The notes under the pieces are model-generated. The model was not told the DNA's origin, ran no database searches, and worked only from the letters and a program-made list of their open reading frames with translations. A stretch of 32,383 nt of DNA. Source: an uncultured Bacteroidales bacterium. Lineage in GTDB: Bacteria; Bacteroidota; Bacteroidia; Bacteroidales; CAZSJF01. The position numbers were made by a program, and so were the translations under genes. Shown piece by piece: positions 1-8,698 of the stretch; position 1 is the stretch's first letter, and each line of letters opens with the position of its first letter. The stretch covers positions 1 to 32,383 of the forward strand of contig CAZSJF010000002.1 in assembly GCA_964606705.1 (NCBI GenBank). The letters are read 5' to 3'.

Positions 1-1
1 A

Positions 2-1027
2 GGTGATGCATGGGATGATTATATCGGCTGTGATGTTGGACGCGGTTCATATTTTGTTTATAACGGGAAACAGGTTGATGGAACAGGCTTGCCGGGTCAT
101 TATGGCGATCAGCCGCCTGCACAGGCAGTTACTATATTAGGCGGCCCTTATGTGGATGCTGACGGAGAAGACAATCCTGAATATACAGGCAACTGCTCTA
201 TCCTTAGCAACCCTGAAGTAAATGACCAGTATGCAATAAACGGCCTGAACTTTGGTGACAGCATAATTGACAACGAAAGAATGGGTATGACAGGGTTCGT
301 TTATTTCAATAACACAATGGGTGTTCAGGGAGATCCAAAAACTGCAGTTGAATATTACAATTACTTAAAAGGTATATGGAGGGACGGGCTGCCTATGCAG
401 ACAGGAGGCAACGCACACCCCAACGACCCTGAAGCCAGCGGGCCTGTTTGCAAATATATGTTTCCCGATAATTCAGATTCATGTAACTGGGGAACAGATG
501 GTGTTCCAACTCAGTTTCCTGATGGCGGCATGTACTGGACAGAAGCACAGGCAGGAAATATATATGGTGACAGGAGAGGTTTAGGAACAATTGGGCCTTT
601 TACTTTTGAAGCAGGTACAATTCAGGAACTCGACCTTGCTTTTACGTGGGCAAGGGCAGATTCAGGTGGGCCGCTTGCTTCTGTGGAATTACTGAAGGTG
701 ATGATAGACTCAGTAAGGACAGCATATAAAAATAATGAAAATCCATGCGGTGGATTAATTCAAAGTGTTAAAGAGCATAAACAACTTGTCAGGGAAATGA
801 AAGTATATCCCAATCCTGCAGAAACTTTTTTAAATGTAGAACTGAATGTTAATGACACAAAGACCCGATACAGCATCTATGATATCTGCGGTAAGATTGT
901 TGTAAAAGGAAATTTAAATTCAGGAACACTGCATAAAATATCTGTTGATAATCTGAACAAAGGATTCTATGTCCTCAGGATAAATGATAGCAGCAGTATG
1001 TTCAGTACAAAATTCGTTAAACAATAG
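2..1027 (+). CDS. T9SS cargo protein with C-terminal sorting domain, 5' end cut by the window edge
   Basis: The frame is open from nt 2 with no stop, and the ORF-track start at 89 is a TTG inside that frame. The C-terminus has the KVYPNPAETFLNVEL...GFYVLRI pattern typical of the Por secretion tail. The catalytic or binding part was not recognised. Confidence 0.75.
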   Translation, partial: GDAWDDYIGCDVGRGSYFVYNGKQVDGTGLPGHYGDQPPAQAVTILGGPYVDADGEDNPEYTGNCSILSNPEVNDQYAINGLNFGDSIIDNERMGMTGFVYFNNTMGVQGDPKTAVEYYNYLKGIWRDGLPMQTGGNAHPNDPEASGPVCKYMFPDNSDSCNWGTDGVPTQFPDGGMYWTEAQAGNIYGDRRGLGTIGPFTFEAGTIQELDLAFTWARADSGGPLASVELLKVMIDSVRTAYKNNENPCGGLIQSVKEHKQLVREMKVYPNPAETFLNVELNVNDTKTRYSIYDICGKIVVKGNLNSGTLHKISVDNLNKGFYVLRINDSSSMFSTKFVKQ

Positions 1028-1065
1028 GATTATAGTTTTTTTGGTTACTAATCAATCCTTTGGAG

Positions 1066-1090
1066 AGGCAGCCTTGTGGCTGCCTTTTTT
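1066..1090 (+). terminator. Rho-independent terminator
   Basis: AGGCAGCC-TTGT-GGCTGCCT hairpin followed by T6, about 40 nt after the stop at 1027. Confidence 0.6.
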
Positions 1091-1241
1091 GTTTTAATAA
1101 TTTATAAAGAATTATGAGATATAAAAAGGAAATCAATATAACTTTTTAATATTCTATATCTGTTGTTACAGGCAGTGTTCGGTGTTCAATATTTTGAAAT
1201 AATTTTTTATGTATTTTTACATTTACATTTTTACAATTATA

Positions 1242-1249
1242 TATCTTTG
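1242..1249 (+). promoter_or_regulatory. Candidate Bacteroidota -7 box (TAnnTTTG)
   Basis: TATCTTTG lies 20 nt upstream of the ATG at 1269. This is a motif match only. Confidence 0.35.
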
Positions 1250-1268
1250 TACTATAAAAATTTTTATT

Positions 1269-3038
1269 ATGAAAAAAATATACATTTTTATTTATTGCTG
1301 GATGATTTGTTTTGCAGCGTTTACACAAAACGATACTGTTTTTACTCTAACATCTACAGCGTCAAATGCCGCTTCATGGTTAAGAAACCTGAATCCTGCT
1401 CCGGGGACAGGTCGTATAGGAATATTACAGGGAGAAATGGGGCCTCTGGTGCTGGGGCAAAATGCACGTTCAGTTGTTGACACATCCAGCGTTTATGATT
1501 TGTATAATAATCCTGCATATTTTACTCCTGCCCTCACGAATGCACAGGTTAAGTTGTCAAATTATTTTGTGCTGGCGCGGAAAATGGGCGTTTTTGCAAT
1601 GCGCGGCCCCGAATCCTTTTCATGGGCACTGATAGAACCTGTTCCGGGAACATATTCGTATTTGTTGACGGATACTATTGTTACAATAGCTAACAGAAAC
1701 GGTGTAAACGTAATTGCTACCATCAATCCTTACGCTGATTCGTCAATGGAATGTAATAATTTATCAGGTTCCGGCTGCACCAATCTGTTCGGTTCCAATG
1801 CTGCAATGTATTTTATTAACAATGGGCGTACGGGAAAGATATGTGATGGCGATACCACACGATATAAAACATTTATCCAGAATCTGGTTGAACGTTATGA
1901 TTATGATGGCATAGATGATATGCCGGGGCTGACACAGCCTGTAATTTATTATGAATTCAATAATGAACCTGAAGGCCCATGTGGAAATTTTATAGGGCCG
2001 ACAAATTACGGTCATGATTTGCGGATGACATACGACGCCATGAAAGCCGCTTGCAGTGAATGTCAGTTGTTGCATGGCGGAACAATAGGCAGGTATGATT
2101 CCACTTTTTGGAAAGACTTTTACGATATAGAACATGATTATTTTGAAGTGGCTAATCTTCATGTGAACGAACCACGTGATACGGCTTTTAATTTCGATTT
2201 TCTCACAGACCAGTTGCACTTTGTGGAAGAAAAGACCGAATTGTATGGGAAAGATTATGATATCTGGATTACGGAATTTGGCATTTATCAGGGTTCTCCG
2301 CATGGCCCTGACACCACGCCGTATATCTCGGAAGAAAGCCAGGCAGCACGCTACGCTAAATTATATGCTTATGGACTTGCTAATAATATTGAAGTTGTGT
2401 TTTATGACCAGCAGGGAGATACCATATCAGGCATAGGCGGCTCAGCTTTACTTTACAGGGCTGGTATGTTACGTCAGGCAAAGTTATGTTTATTAACCTT
2501 ATGGCTGATGAATTATAAGTTCAATGATATTGATTCCGCTCAGGTGAATATGTTCAGCACAGATGTCGATTTCTCTACCGGACATGTCAGGGTTTTTAAA
2601 TCAGGCATGCAATATGATATCGTCTGGGGGCTGGGCAGCCTGCCGCCTGATATTACAGGTGAAAAGCAATGTACTGATATTTACGGAAATATAAGCATAC
2701 AGGATGTAAGTACATTATCGTTTCCTTTATCATCAAATCCGCTTATTATTGAAGATGTGTCAACAGGGGTGGGAAATATAAAAAATGAAACTGTAAAAGT
2801 GAACGTATTTCCGAATCCGGCAAACGATGAAATGCATGTAAATATCAGGAATGTAAACTTTTCAGGCAACAATTATTTTCTGAGGGTTTATGATATTATT
2901 GGACAGTTGAAAATAAGCTATAAAATAGTAACTCTTGATAACACTTTCAATATTTCGGATTTATCCGGCGGATTTTATTTGTATGATATTTTACAGAATG
3001 ACATTGTTGTATCGAACGGGAAATTTATAAAAGAATAA
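1269..3038 (+). CDS. Secreted clan GH-A-like (beta/alpha)8 glycoside hydrolase with T9SS C-terminal domain
   Basis: The ATG at 1269 gives the signal peptide MKKIYIFIYCWMICFAAFTQ, so the track start at 1209 is an AT-rich upstream extension. FNNEPEG and IWITEFG resemble the acid/base and nucleophile Glu motifs of clan GH-A. The C-terminus has VFPNPANDEMHVNI...GGFYLYDI (CTD). Confidence 0.7.
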   Translation: MKKIYIFIYCWMICFAAFTQNDTVFTLTSTASNAASWLRNLNPAPGTGRIGILQGEMGPLVLGQNARSVVDTSSVYDLYNNPAYFTPALTNAQVKLSNYFVLARKMGVFAMRGPESFSWALIEPVPGTYSYLLTDTIVTIANRNGVNVIATINPYADSSMECNNLSGSGCTNLFGSNAAMYFINNGRTGKICDGDTTRYKTFIQNLVERYDYDGIDDMPGLTQPVIYYEFNNEPEGPCGNFIGPTNYGHDLRMTYDAMKAACSECQLLHGGTIGRYDSTFWKDFYDIEHDYFEVANLHVNEPRDTAFNFDFLTDQLHFVEEKTELYGKDYDIWITEFGIYQGSPHGPDTTPYISEESQAARYAKLYAYGLANNIEVVFYDQQGDTISGIGGSALLYRAGMLRQAKLCLLTLWLMNYKFNDIDSAQVNMFSTDVDFSTGHVRVFKSGMQYDIVWGLGSLPPDITGEKQCTDIYGNISIQDVSTLSFPLSSNPLIIEDVSTGVGNIKNETVKVNVFPNPANDEMHVNIRNVNFSGNNYFLRVYDIIGQLKISYKIVTLDNTFNISDLSGGFYLYDILQNDIVVSNGKFIKE

Positions 3039-3159
3039 TTAAAACCTTTTTCAATAAGTCAAGTATATTAGCGAATAAAATTTATAGTTTGTTTTTCTGC
3101 AGAAATTTTGACAGGGGAAGCAGGTATAATGTTTGTATTTTTCTGAAAATATTTCATTT

Positions 3160-3663
3160 ATGACGAGTTTAAAAGAACTGCCCCAGCTGGCAAAGCGCGC
3201 CGAAGCGGAAAATAAAAAATTCTTCGCCCGTCTGAAAAAAAATCACCCCAGAGACCTTGACAAGATAGTGCAGAAAATTCACGAAAATGTTTTTTCCCGC
3301 ATCAGTTGCCTTGAATGTGCTAATTGCTGTAAGACCATCAGTCCTGCCGTTACTGATAAAGATATTGAGCGAATAGCGAAGTTTCTGAAAATACGTCCTG
3401 CTTCTTTAACTGAAAAATATTTTCATCTTGACAATGATAATGATTATGTTTTTAACGACACACCCTGTCCTTTTCTCAACGAAGATAGATATTGCCGTAT
3501 TTATAAAATACGTCCTAAAGCCTGTTATGAATACCCGCATACAGACAGGAAACGCTTTATTCAGATATCGGATATTACCTTAAAAAATATATCAGTTTGC
3601 CCTGCTGTATATGAAGTGGTGGAAAAACTGAAAAGGAATTACAGTTCATTATATTCGCAATAG
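3160..3663 (+). CDS. YkgJ-family cysteine-cluster (CxxCxxCC) protein
   Basis: It carries CLECANCCK plus downstream CPFL...CRIY...C, typical of the UPF0153/CxxCxxCC family. The ATG at 3160 (MTSLKEL) is preferred to the TTG at 3133. Confidence 0.7.
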   Translation: MTSLKELPQLAKRAEAENKKFFARLKKNHPRDLDKIVQKIHENVFSRISCLECANCCKTISPAVTDKDIERIAKFLKIRPASLTEKYFHLDNDNDYVFNDTPCPFLNEDRYCRIYKIRPKACYEYPHTDRKRFIQISDITLKNISVCPAVYEVVEKLKRNYSSLYSQ

Positions 3664-3741
3664 TATTTATTTAAATAATAACAGATAAATAAGTTGCTGA
3701 GAAAAGTTCATTAAGCTTGACGAGATGCCGAAGCATCGAAA

Positions 3742-3749
3742 TATATTTG
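3742..3749 (+). promoter_or_regulatory. Candidate -7 box (TAnnTTTG)
   Basis: TATATTTG lies 58 nt upstream of the ATG at 3807. This is a motif match only. Confidence 0.35.
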
Positions 3750-3806
3750 CAGCATACTTGTTATTTTAACACAAATACATAAATTAGCAGATAAATTCTG
3801 AAAACT

Positions 3807-5513
3807 ATGAGAAAATTATTACTATTATTTGCGATTACCGCAGCAGGACTGCTGCTTAATGCCCAGGATGCAAAATTTGAATGGGCCGGGCAAATTGGAG
3901 GAACAAGTGTCGACGAGGGTTATTTTATAACCATAGATGGAGCAGGTAATGTTTATACAACAGGAGATTTTAGGGACACGGTTGATTTTGACCCGGGAGC
4001 TGGGGTATACAACCTGATTTCTGACACAGAAAGCGCAGATATTTTTTTAAGCAAACTGGATTCATCAGGTAATTTTATATGGGCAAAACGGATGGGTGGA
4101 AAAAATAATGATTATGGCATTTCTATAACCATAGATGAAGCAGGTAGTGTTTATGTAACAGGAGTTTTTATAGACACAGTAGATTTTGACCCCGGAACTG
4201 GAATATATAACATAATCTCGACCGGACAAATGGATATTTTTATATGCAAATTAGATTCATCGGGTAATTTTAAATGGGCTGAACAAATCGGTGGAACAAA
4301 TGTGGATTATGCTCGTTCTATAGCCATAGATGGAGCAGGTAATATTTATCTAACAGGAGTTTTTGAAGGTGTGGCTGATTTTGACCCCGGACCTGAAACA
4401 TACGAAATGACTTCGGCAGGTGATTATGATATTTTTATAAGCAGGCTGGATTCATCAGGTAATTTTAAATGGGCTAAACAATTTGGTGGGGTAAGTTATG
4501 ATGTTGGTGAATCCATAGCAACAGACCAAGCATGTAATGTTTATACAACAGGATTTTTTATGGGGACAATAGATTTTGACCCCGGGGCAGGTGTGTGTAA
4601 TCTGGTATCTGCCGGGGGAAGCGAAGATATTTTTATAAGTAAACTGGATTCGTCAGGCAATTTCAGATGGGCTAAACGGATGGGTGGAACAGATAGAGAT
4701 ATGCCTATTTCCATAGCTACAGACGGTGCTGGCAATGTTTATACAACAGGAAATTTTGAAGGTATAGCTGATTTTAACCCAGGAGCAGAAACCTGTGAGT
4801 TCACTGTTATTGGAAATAATGGCGATATTTTTATAAGCAAGCTGGATTCATCAGGCGATTTTGTATGGGCTAAACAAATAGGCGGGGAAGATAATGATGT
4901 TGGCGAATCTATAGTCACAGACGAAGCAGGTAATGTTTATACAACCGGGATCTTTAGTCTTTTAGTTGATTTTGACCCCGGGACAGAAGTGTATGAGTTG
5001 GCTTCACTTGGGTCATATGAGATTTTTGTAAGTAAACTGGATTCATCGGGTAATTTTGTATGGGCCAAACGAATAGGAGAGGCTGATACTGATGGTAGTT
5101 TATCCATAGCAGTGGATGGAGTAGGTAATATTTATACAACCGGATTTTTTCGAAGTACTGTAGATTTTGATCCCGGAGCAGAAATACATAACCTGACTTC
5201 AGCAGGTGATTATGATATTTTTATTCAGAAAATGTCACCGGCAGCTTCAGGTATTGAAGATATTTATAATAATGAAGGTATTGTTATTTACCCGAACCCC
5301 ACTAATGGAACATTTAATTTATCAATGAATGGAATAAAAGAGAATGTGAATGTTTCAATATTGAATATTCAGGGACAGGTTATTTACAGCGAAGAAATAA
5401 ATGCATCAACATATAACTATCGGATTGATTTATCAGCTTATCCCAAAGGGATTTATTTTATAAAACTTACTAATGACAATATAAATGAAGTAAGAAAAAT
5501 AATTGTCGGCTGA
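3807..5513 (+). CDS. SBBP (beta-propeller) repeat protein with T9SS C-terminal domain
   Basis: It has a signal peptide and seven repeats of LDSSGNFxWAKxxGG..D.G.SIAxDGAGNVYTTGxFxGxxDFDPG. The C-terminus has VIYPNPTNGTFNLSM...GIYFIKL. Confidence 0.85.
   Translation: MRKLLLLFAITAAGLLLNAQDAKFEWAGQIGGTSVDEGYFITIDGAGNVYTTGDFRDTVDFDPGAGVYNLISDTESADIFLSKLDSSGNFIWAKRMGGKNNDYGISITIDEAGSVYVTGVFIDTVDFDPGTGIYNIISTGQMDIFICKLDSSGNFKWAEQIGGTNVDYARSIAIDGAGNIYLTGVFEGVADFDPGPETYEMTSAGDYDIFISRLDSSGNFKWAKQFGGVSYDVGESIATDQACNVYTTGFFMGTIDFDPGAGVCNLVSAGGSEDIFISKLDSSGNFRWAKRMGGTDRDMPISIATDGAGNVYTTGNFEGIADFNPGAETCEFTVIGNNGDIFISKLDSSGDFVWAKQIGGEDNDVGESIVTDEAGNVYTTGIFSLLVDFDPGTEVYELASLGSYEIFVSKLDSSGNFVWAKRIGEADTDGSLSIAVDGVGNIYTTGFFRSTVDFDPGAEIHNLTSAGDYDIFIQKMSPAASGIEDIYNNEGIVIYPNPTNGTFNLSMNGIKENVNVSILNIQGQVIYSEEINASTYNYRIDLSAYPKGIYFIKLTNDNINEVRKIIVG
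3870..5232 (+). repeat. In-frame tandem coding repeat, 7 units of 195-198 bp
   Basis: The CTGGATTCATCAGG-type cores start at 4056, 4251, 4446, 4644, 4842 and 5037. The spacings are 195, 195, 198, 198 and 195 nt. Confidence 0.8.
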
Positions 5514-5529
5514 TCAACTTCCCGATAGT

Positions 5530-7665
5530 TTAAAATTTAACCCTCATCTGTACTTTTATTTCTGATTTGATATTTCCGTCTATCTCATCCAGGTCTGTAC
5601 CTATGGTGCTTCGGTTGCTGTAATAGCTTTGTGCATATCTCAGCCATATATCAACATTCCTGCTGACTTCATATTTTATGACAATATAAAAGCGGCTGCC
5701 CCTGTAATAATAAGCAGGGATGGAATATCCATACAGGACATCATTTTCATAAGCATAAATACTTTCATCATAACTGTCAGCATCAAACAGGGCATACCTG
5801 CATGAAAAAGAAAACGGGCTTTTTAAATTTTTATAAGAAACATCCTGAAAGATCAGGTAGCCGTATTTTGCAGGGCTGTCGCCGGTTCTGTAATCAACAA
5901 ATTCAACACGGTTTTTAAGCCTGAAAGACGGCGACACCTGATATGAAAAGTTGCACCTGTAATTTCTTTTTATTGTTTTTTCGATATAATTAATATAATC
6001 TGATCCATCTGCGCTGTTTAAGTTTCTGTTCTGCTGCCTGAACCTGAAATACATCTCTGTCTGCTTTGACGGAGCATAAGTAATCTGTGTCATATACTCA
6101 GTACCGTGCGATGGTGCGTCCACTCTGTATTTCAGCCACGGAAAATTGAAATTGTCATTATATGCAGAAATTGCCCATTTGCTGCCGGCTTTGATGTTTA
6201 CACCTATGCATATTCCTTCTTCATTGCTGTTATTGCTGTTTTCTCCGAAGGCATTGCTGTAAATGGACTGGTAGTCTTTGTCATATTTTCTGTGCACCAG
6301 GGAAAAAGTCAGATGCGGGTCAGGGACCATCAGCAGTCCGTTAATAAATCCCATGCCTCCGTTATCACTTCTGGCAACCTCTCCGAAAATATTTATTGTT
6401 TTTATGTAGTAATTATAGTCAATACCTGTATTTATGTTTTCTTTTCCGGTGAAGTCAAACTGATTATATAAAGCCATGTCCTTTTTTATTTCCGAGTCAA
6501 ATATTGTTTTACATGCTGTAGCCCCTATGTTGAATTGCCTGTTTTTAAAAGCTATATGTGTCCCGAAAATTGTCTGCCCGAGAGCATCCTTATCTTCAAC
6601 TTCGCTTGGTTTCCTGTGCAGGCCTCCTGATTGCAGCGAACTCACATACAGGATGTCATTTGTTAAAGAATCAATCCCTGAAATATTTGCATCAACATGT
6701 TTTTGTGAATAGAAAACAGATATCTCCAGTTTCTTTATTTCTATTGTTGTGGCGACGCCTCTCATGAATTCATTTTCATCAGTGGAGGTATAAGGGCTGA
6801 AGCCCTGCGGGCTTTTTTTGAAACCTGCGACTTCTCCTGATCTGCCGAAACTCAACCCTGTCCATAAAGTCAACCCCTGCCCGAACTGTGCATTGTAGTC
6901 GCCTATTGCCAGGGCTTTTATTTTCCCCATGTTTCTCATGAAAAAGTGGGCGGAATAAAAATCAAATCCGTTTTTCTGCGTACCGGTAAAAAATTCTTCA
7001 CCAGGGTCTTTTTCAGCAGTGATGCCGCAGCTGATGTTATTCAGGTAGGTGAACCTGTAACGCATATATATTTTTTCCGGCCCGCCAGGGTATCTTGAAT
7101 TTATATCTTCAGCATCTTCAAAAGGAGTGTATCCCTTCTGCTCTTCAAGTGTACGCTGGTACCTTATAAAAAAATCATTTTCACCTTCCTGAATTATTTT
7201 TTTTAAATGGAACTGAGGTATGTCCAGTGCTGATTCTATAGTCACATAAGGCATTATCCTGTTTATCAGTTCCGCATCAAAACCATCCACAGACTGCAGC
7301 TCATTAAGGGAAATGAGTTTGCCGTTTTCCTGTATGTGCTTTATGAGATTGTATATCTGCACGTCGTTTAAAAAGTGCAGCTGCCTCATCTCTTCAGGGC
7401 TTGCTGTATTAAGATTAAGAGGAGCCGATTCAAAATGCCTTATATCTTCGATCAGCTGGGTATAATCAAGTTCTTCATCCGAATTTTCAGAAATATATTC
7501 AATTTGCTGCTCTATTTCCTGCGATTCTTCAACATCATTTATGGATGTGTCTTTAAGTATGGAATCCTGAGCAGAGCTACTCAGGAATGCACTATTTGAA
7601 AGGAAGACAAGTATTGCTGTTGTTTTCTGGAAATTGAAACTATACTGAAAAATTCCGGCTTTCAT
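5530..7665 (-). CDS. Helix-hairpin-helix (ComEA-like) domain protein fused to a predicted outer-membrane beta-barrel
   Basis: After the signal peptide comes LNLNTASPEEMRQLHFLNDVQIYNLIKHIQENGKLISLNELQSVDGF, a ComEA-type HhH. The remaining 550 aa or so are rich in alternating aromatic and Gly residues and end in ...VQMRVKF (terminal Phe), as in OM barrels. Confidence 0.65.
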   Translation of the reverse strand: MKAGIFQYSFNFQKTTAILVFLSNSAFLSSSAQDSILKDTSINDVEESQEIEQQIEYISENSDEELDYTQLIEDIRHFESAPLNLNTASPEEMRQLHFLNDVQIYNLIKHIQENGKLISLNELQSVDGFDAELINRIMPYVTIESALDIPQFHLKKIIQEGENDFFIRYQRTLEEQKGYTPFEDAEDINSRYPGGPEKIYMRYRFTYLNNISCGITAEKDPGEEFFTGTQKNGFDFYSAHFFMRNMGKIKALAIGDYNAQFGQGLTLWTGLSFGRSGEVAGFKKSPQGFSPYTSTDENEFMRGVATTIEIKKLEISVFYSQKHVDANISGIDSLTNDILYVSSLQSGGLHRKPSEVEDKDALGQTIFGTHIAFKNRQFNIGATACKTIFDSEIKKDMALYNQFDFTGKENINTGIDYNYYIKTINIFGEVARSDNGGMGFINGLLMVPDPHLTFSLVHRKYDKDYQSIYSNAFGENSNNSNEEGICIGVNIKAGSKWAISAYNDNFNFPWLKYRVDAPSHGTEYMTQITYAPSKQTEMYFRFRQQNRNLNSADGSDYINYIEKTIKRNYRCNFSYQVSPSFRLKNRVEFVDYRTGDSPAKYGYLIFQDVSYKNLKSPFSFSCRYALFDADSYDESIYAYENDVLYGYSIPAYYYRGSRFYIVIKYEVSRNVDIWLRYAQSYYSNRSTIGTDLDEIDGNIKSEIKVQMRVKF

Positions 7666-8498
7666 TATTCAGGCTTTGTATTATTAAAAGTATAGATAAG
7701 GGAAAGCTGCGGGGTATAGCCCAGAACCTGATGTATTCCTGTGGCAAAGTCGAATTTCAGATTTCCCAGTTCAAGCCCGAATCCAAAAGTGTTTGATATC
7801 GGATTTGTTTTTATTCCGGTTCTCAGGTAAAGTTCTTTAACAACATGGTATTCAAGGCCGGCTTTAACTGACGGGCTGTAGTTGATATTTTTTTCTGTTT
7901 CAATGCATGCAAAGACTTTCTCGGAGAATTTATAGGACAATCCTGCACAGAGTATGGTCGGAATTCTTTCATCATCATAATCTGCCAGTTTTACTCTTAT
8001 GGGATTGAATATATGCGCCCCTATACCGAAGTTTTTATTGAACATATAGATAACTCCTGCTTCAAATGTTACAAGGTCTCTTTTTCCGTAGTTTTCAGCA
8101 ATGTGAGTTGAGAGATAATCCAGTTGTATTCCTGCGGATAAATTTTTACTTAAAGCTTTTCCGTAAGCAAGCCCGGCTTTTTTTTCGTTGTACAGCGAAT
8201 AACCGAAATAAGAAAGGTTTACTCCGAAAACCCCTGAGTTTGTGGGCACAATAACAGCACCGGATTTTAAGCTTAATTCTTTCATCAGGAAGCGGTTTTC
8301 GTAATATATTCCGCCAGCCGGATTTTTATAATTTGCCAGACCTGCCTGGTTGTTGCTTACCGCCCAGAAGTCACACAGGGTTACTGATGAATTTCCCATT
8401 GCCGCTGAACGCCCTCCCGCTGTGGTATTGTCGTGTGAAGCTGCTGCCTGCAGCGAAAGCATTAGATATGTTCCTGTTATCAGTATTATCTTTTTCAT
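7665..8498 (-). CDS. PorV/PorQ-family-like outer-membrane beta-barrel protein
   Basis: It has a signal peptide, then GGRSAAMGNSSV..DFWAVSNNQAGLA, which resembles the N-terminal motif of PorV/PorQ-like barrels. Beta-strand periodicity runs throughout. Its stop overlaps the downstream ATG (TAATG at 7665). Confidence 0.5.
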   Translation of the reverse strand: MKKIILITGTYLMLSLQAAASHDNTTAGGRSAAMGNSSVTLCDFWAVSNNQAGLANYKNPAGGIYYENRFLMKELSLKSGAVIVPTNSGVFGVNLSYFGYSLYNEKKAGLAYGKALSKNLSAGIQLDYLSTHIAENYGKRDLVTFEAGVIYMFNKNFGIGAHIFNPIRVKLADYDDERIPTILCAGLSYKFSEKVFACIETEKNINYSPSVKAGLEYHVVKELYLRTGIKTNPISNTFGFGLELGNLKFDFATGIHQVLGYTPQLSLIYTFNNTKPE

Positions 8499-8698
8499 TT
8501 CAAGGTTAAATCTGTTTTATAAAAATCCTGCTTTCAAATTTAGATATTTTTTTATATCTGTGGTTTTTACTATATTTGTTTTAGACTATTTTGTTAAAAA
8601 ATAATACTTTTTGATGTGTCCTGTATTTTTTATTATTTTGGGAAACATTTCAGAGGCCAGGTAGTCTTAAAATTGATTTGCCCGGAAAACGTATTGAT

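Noticed and set aside
1163-1268. Upstream extensions of the glycosidase ORF (track starts at 1163 and 1209).
   Set aside because: The extensions translate AT-rich promoter DNA (MYFYIYIFTIIYL...). A canonical MKK + hydrophobic signal peptide begins at the ATG at 1269, just downstream of a TAnnTTTG box.
1764-2303. Antisense or out-of-frame ORFs in the track, lying inside well-supported genes. Examples are 393-590, 1764-2303, 6106-6471, 9988-10245, 12123-12392, 15317-15550, 17466-17780, 18592-18945, 19860-20177, 21069-21482, 21740-21982 and 30984-31289.
   Set aside because: Each lies wholly or mostly within a longer ORF on the other strand or frame that has clear family motifs. Their translations are low-complexity or Cys/Leu/Phe-rich with no recognisable motif, so they are typical shadow ORFs.
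3870-5232. Possible CRISPR-like or non-coding tandem array, because of the regular period of about 195 bp.
   Set aside because: The repeats are in frame within one long ORF and encode SBBP propeller blades. The units are 195-198 bp with no short direct repeat and spacer structure.
8542-8559. Inverted repeat AGATAT-T6-ATATCT in the divergent promoter region between the PorV/PorQ-like gene and the C10 peptidase gene.
   Set aside because: It is a very short, pure A/T palindrome in an AT-rich intergenic region and is expected by chance.
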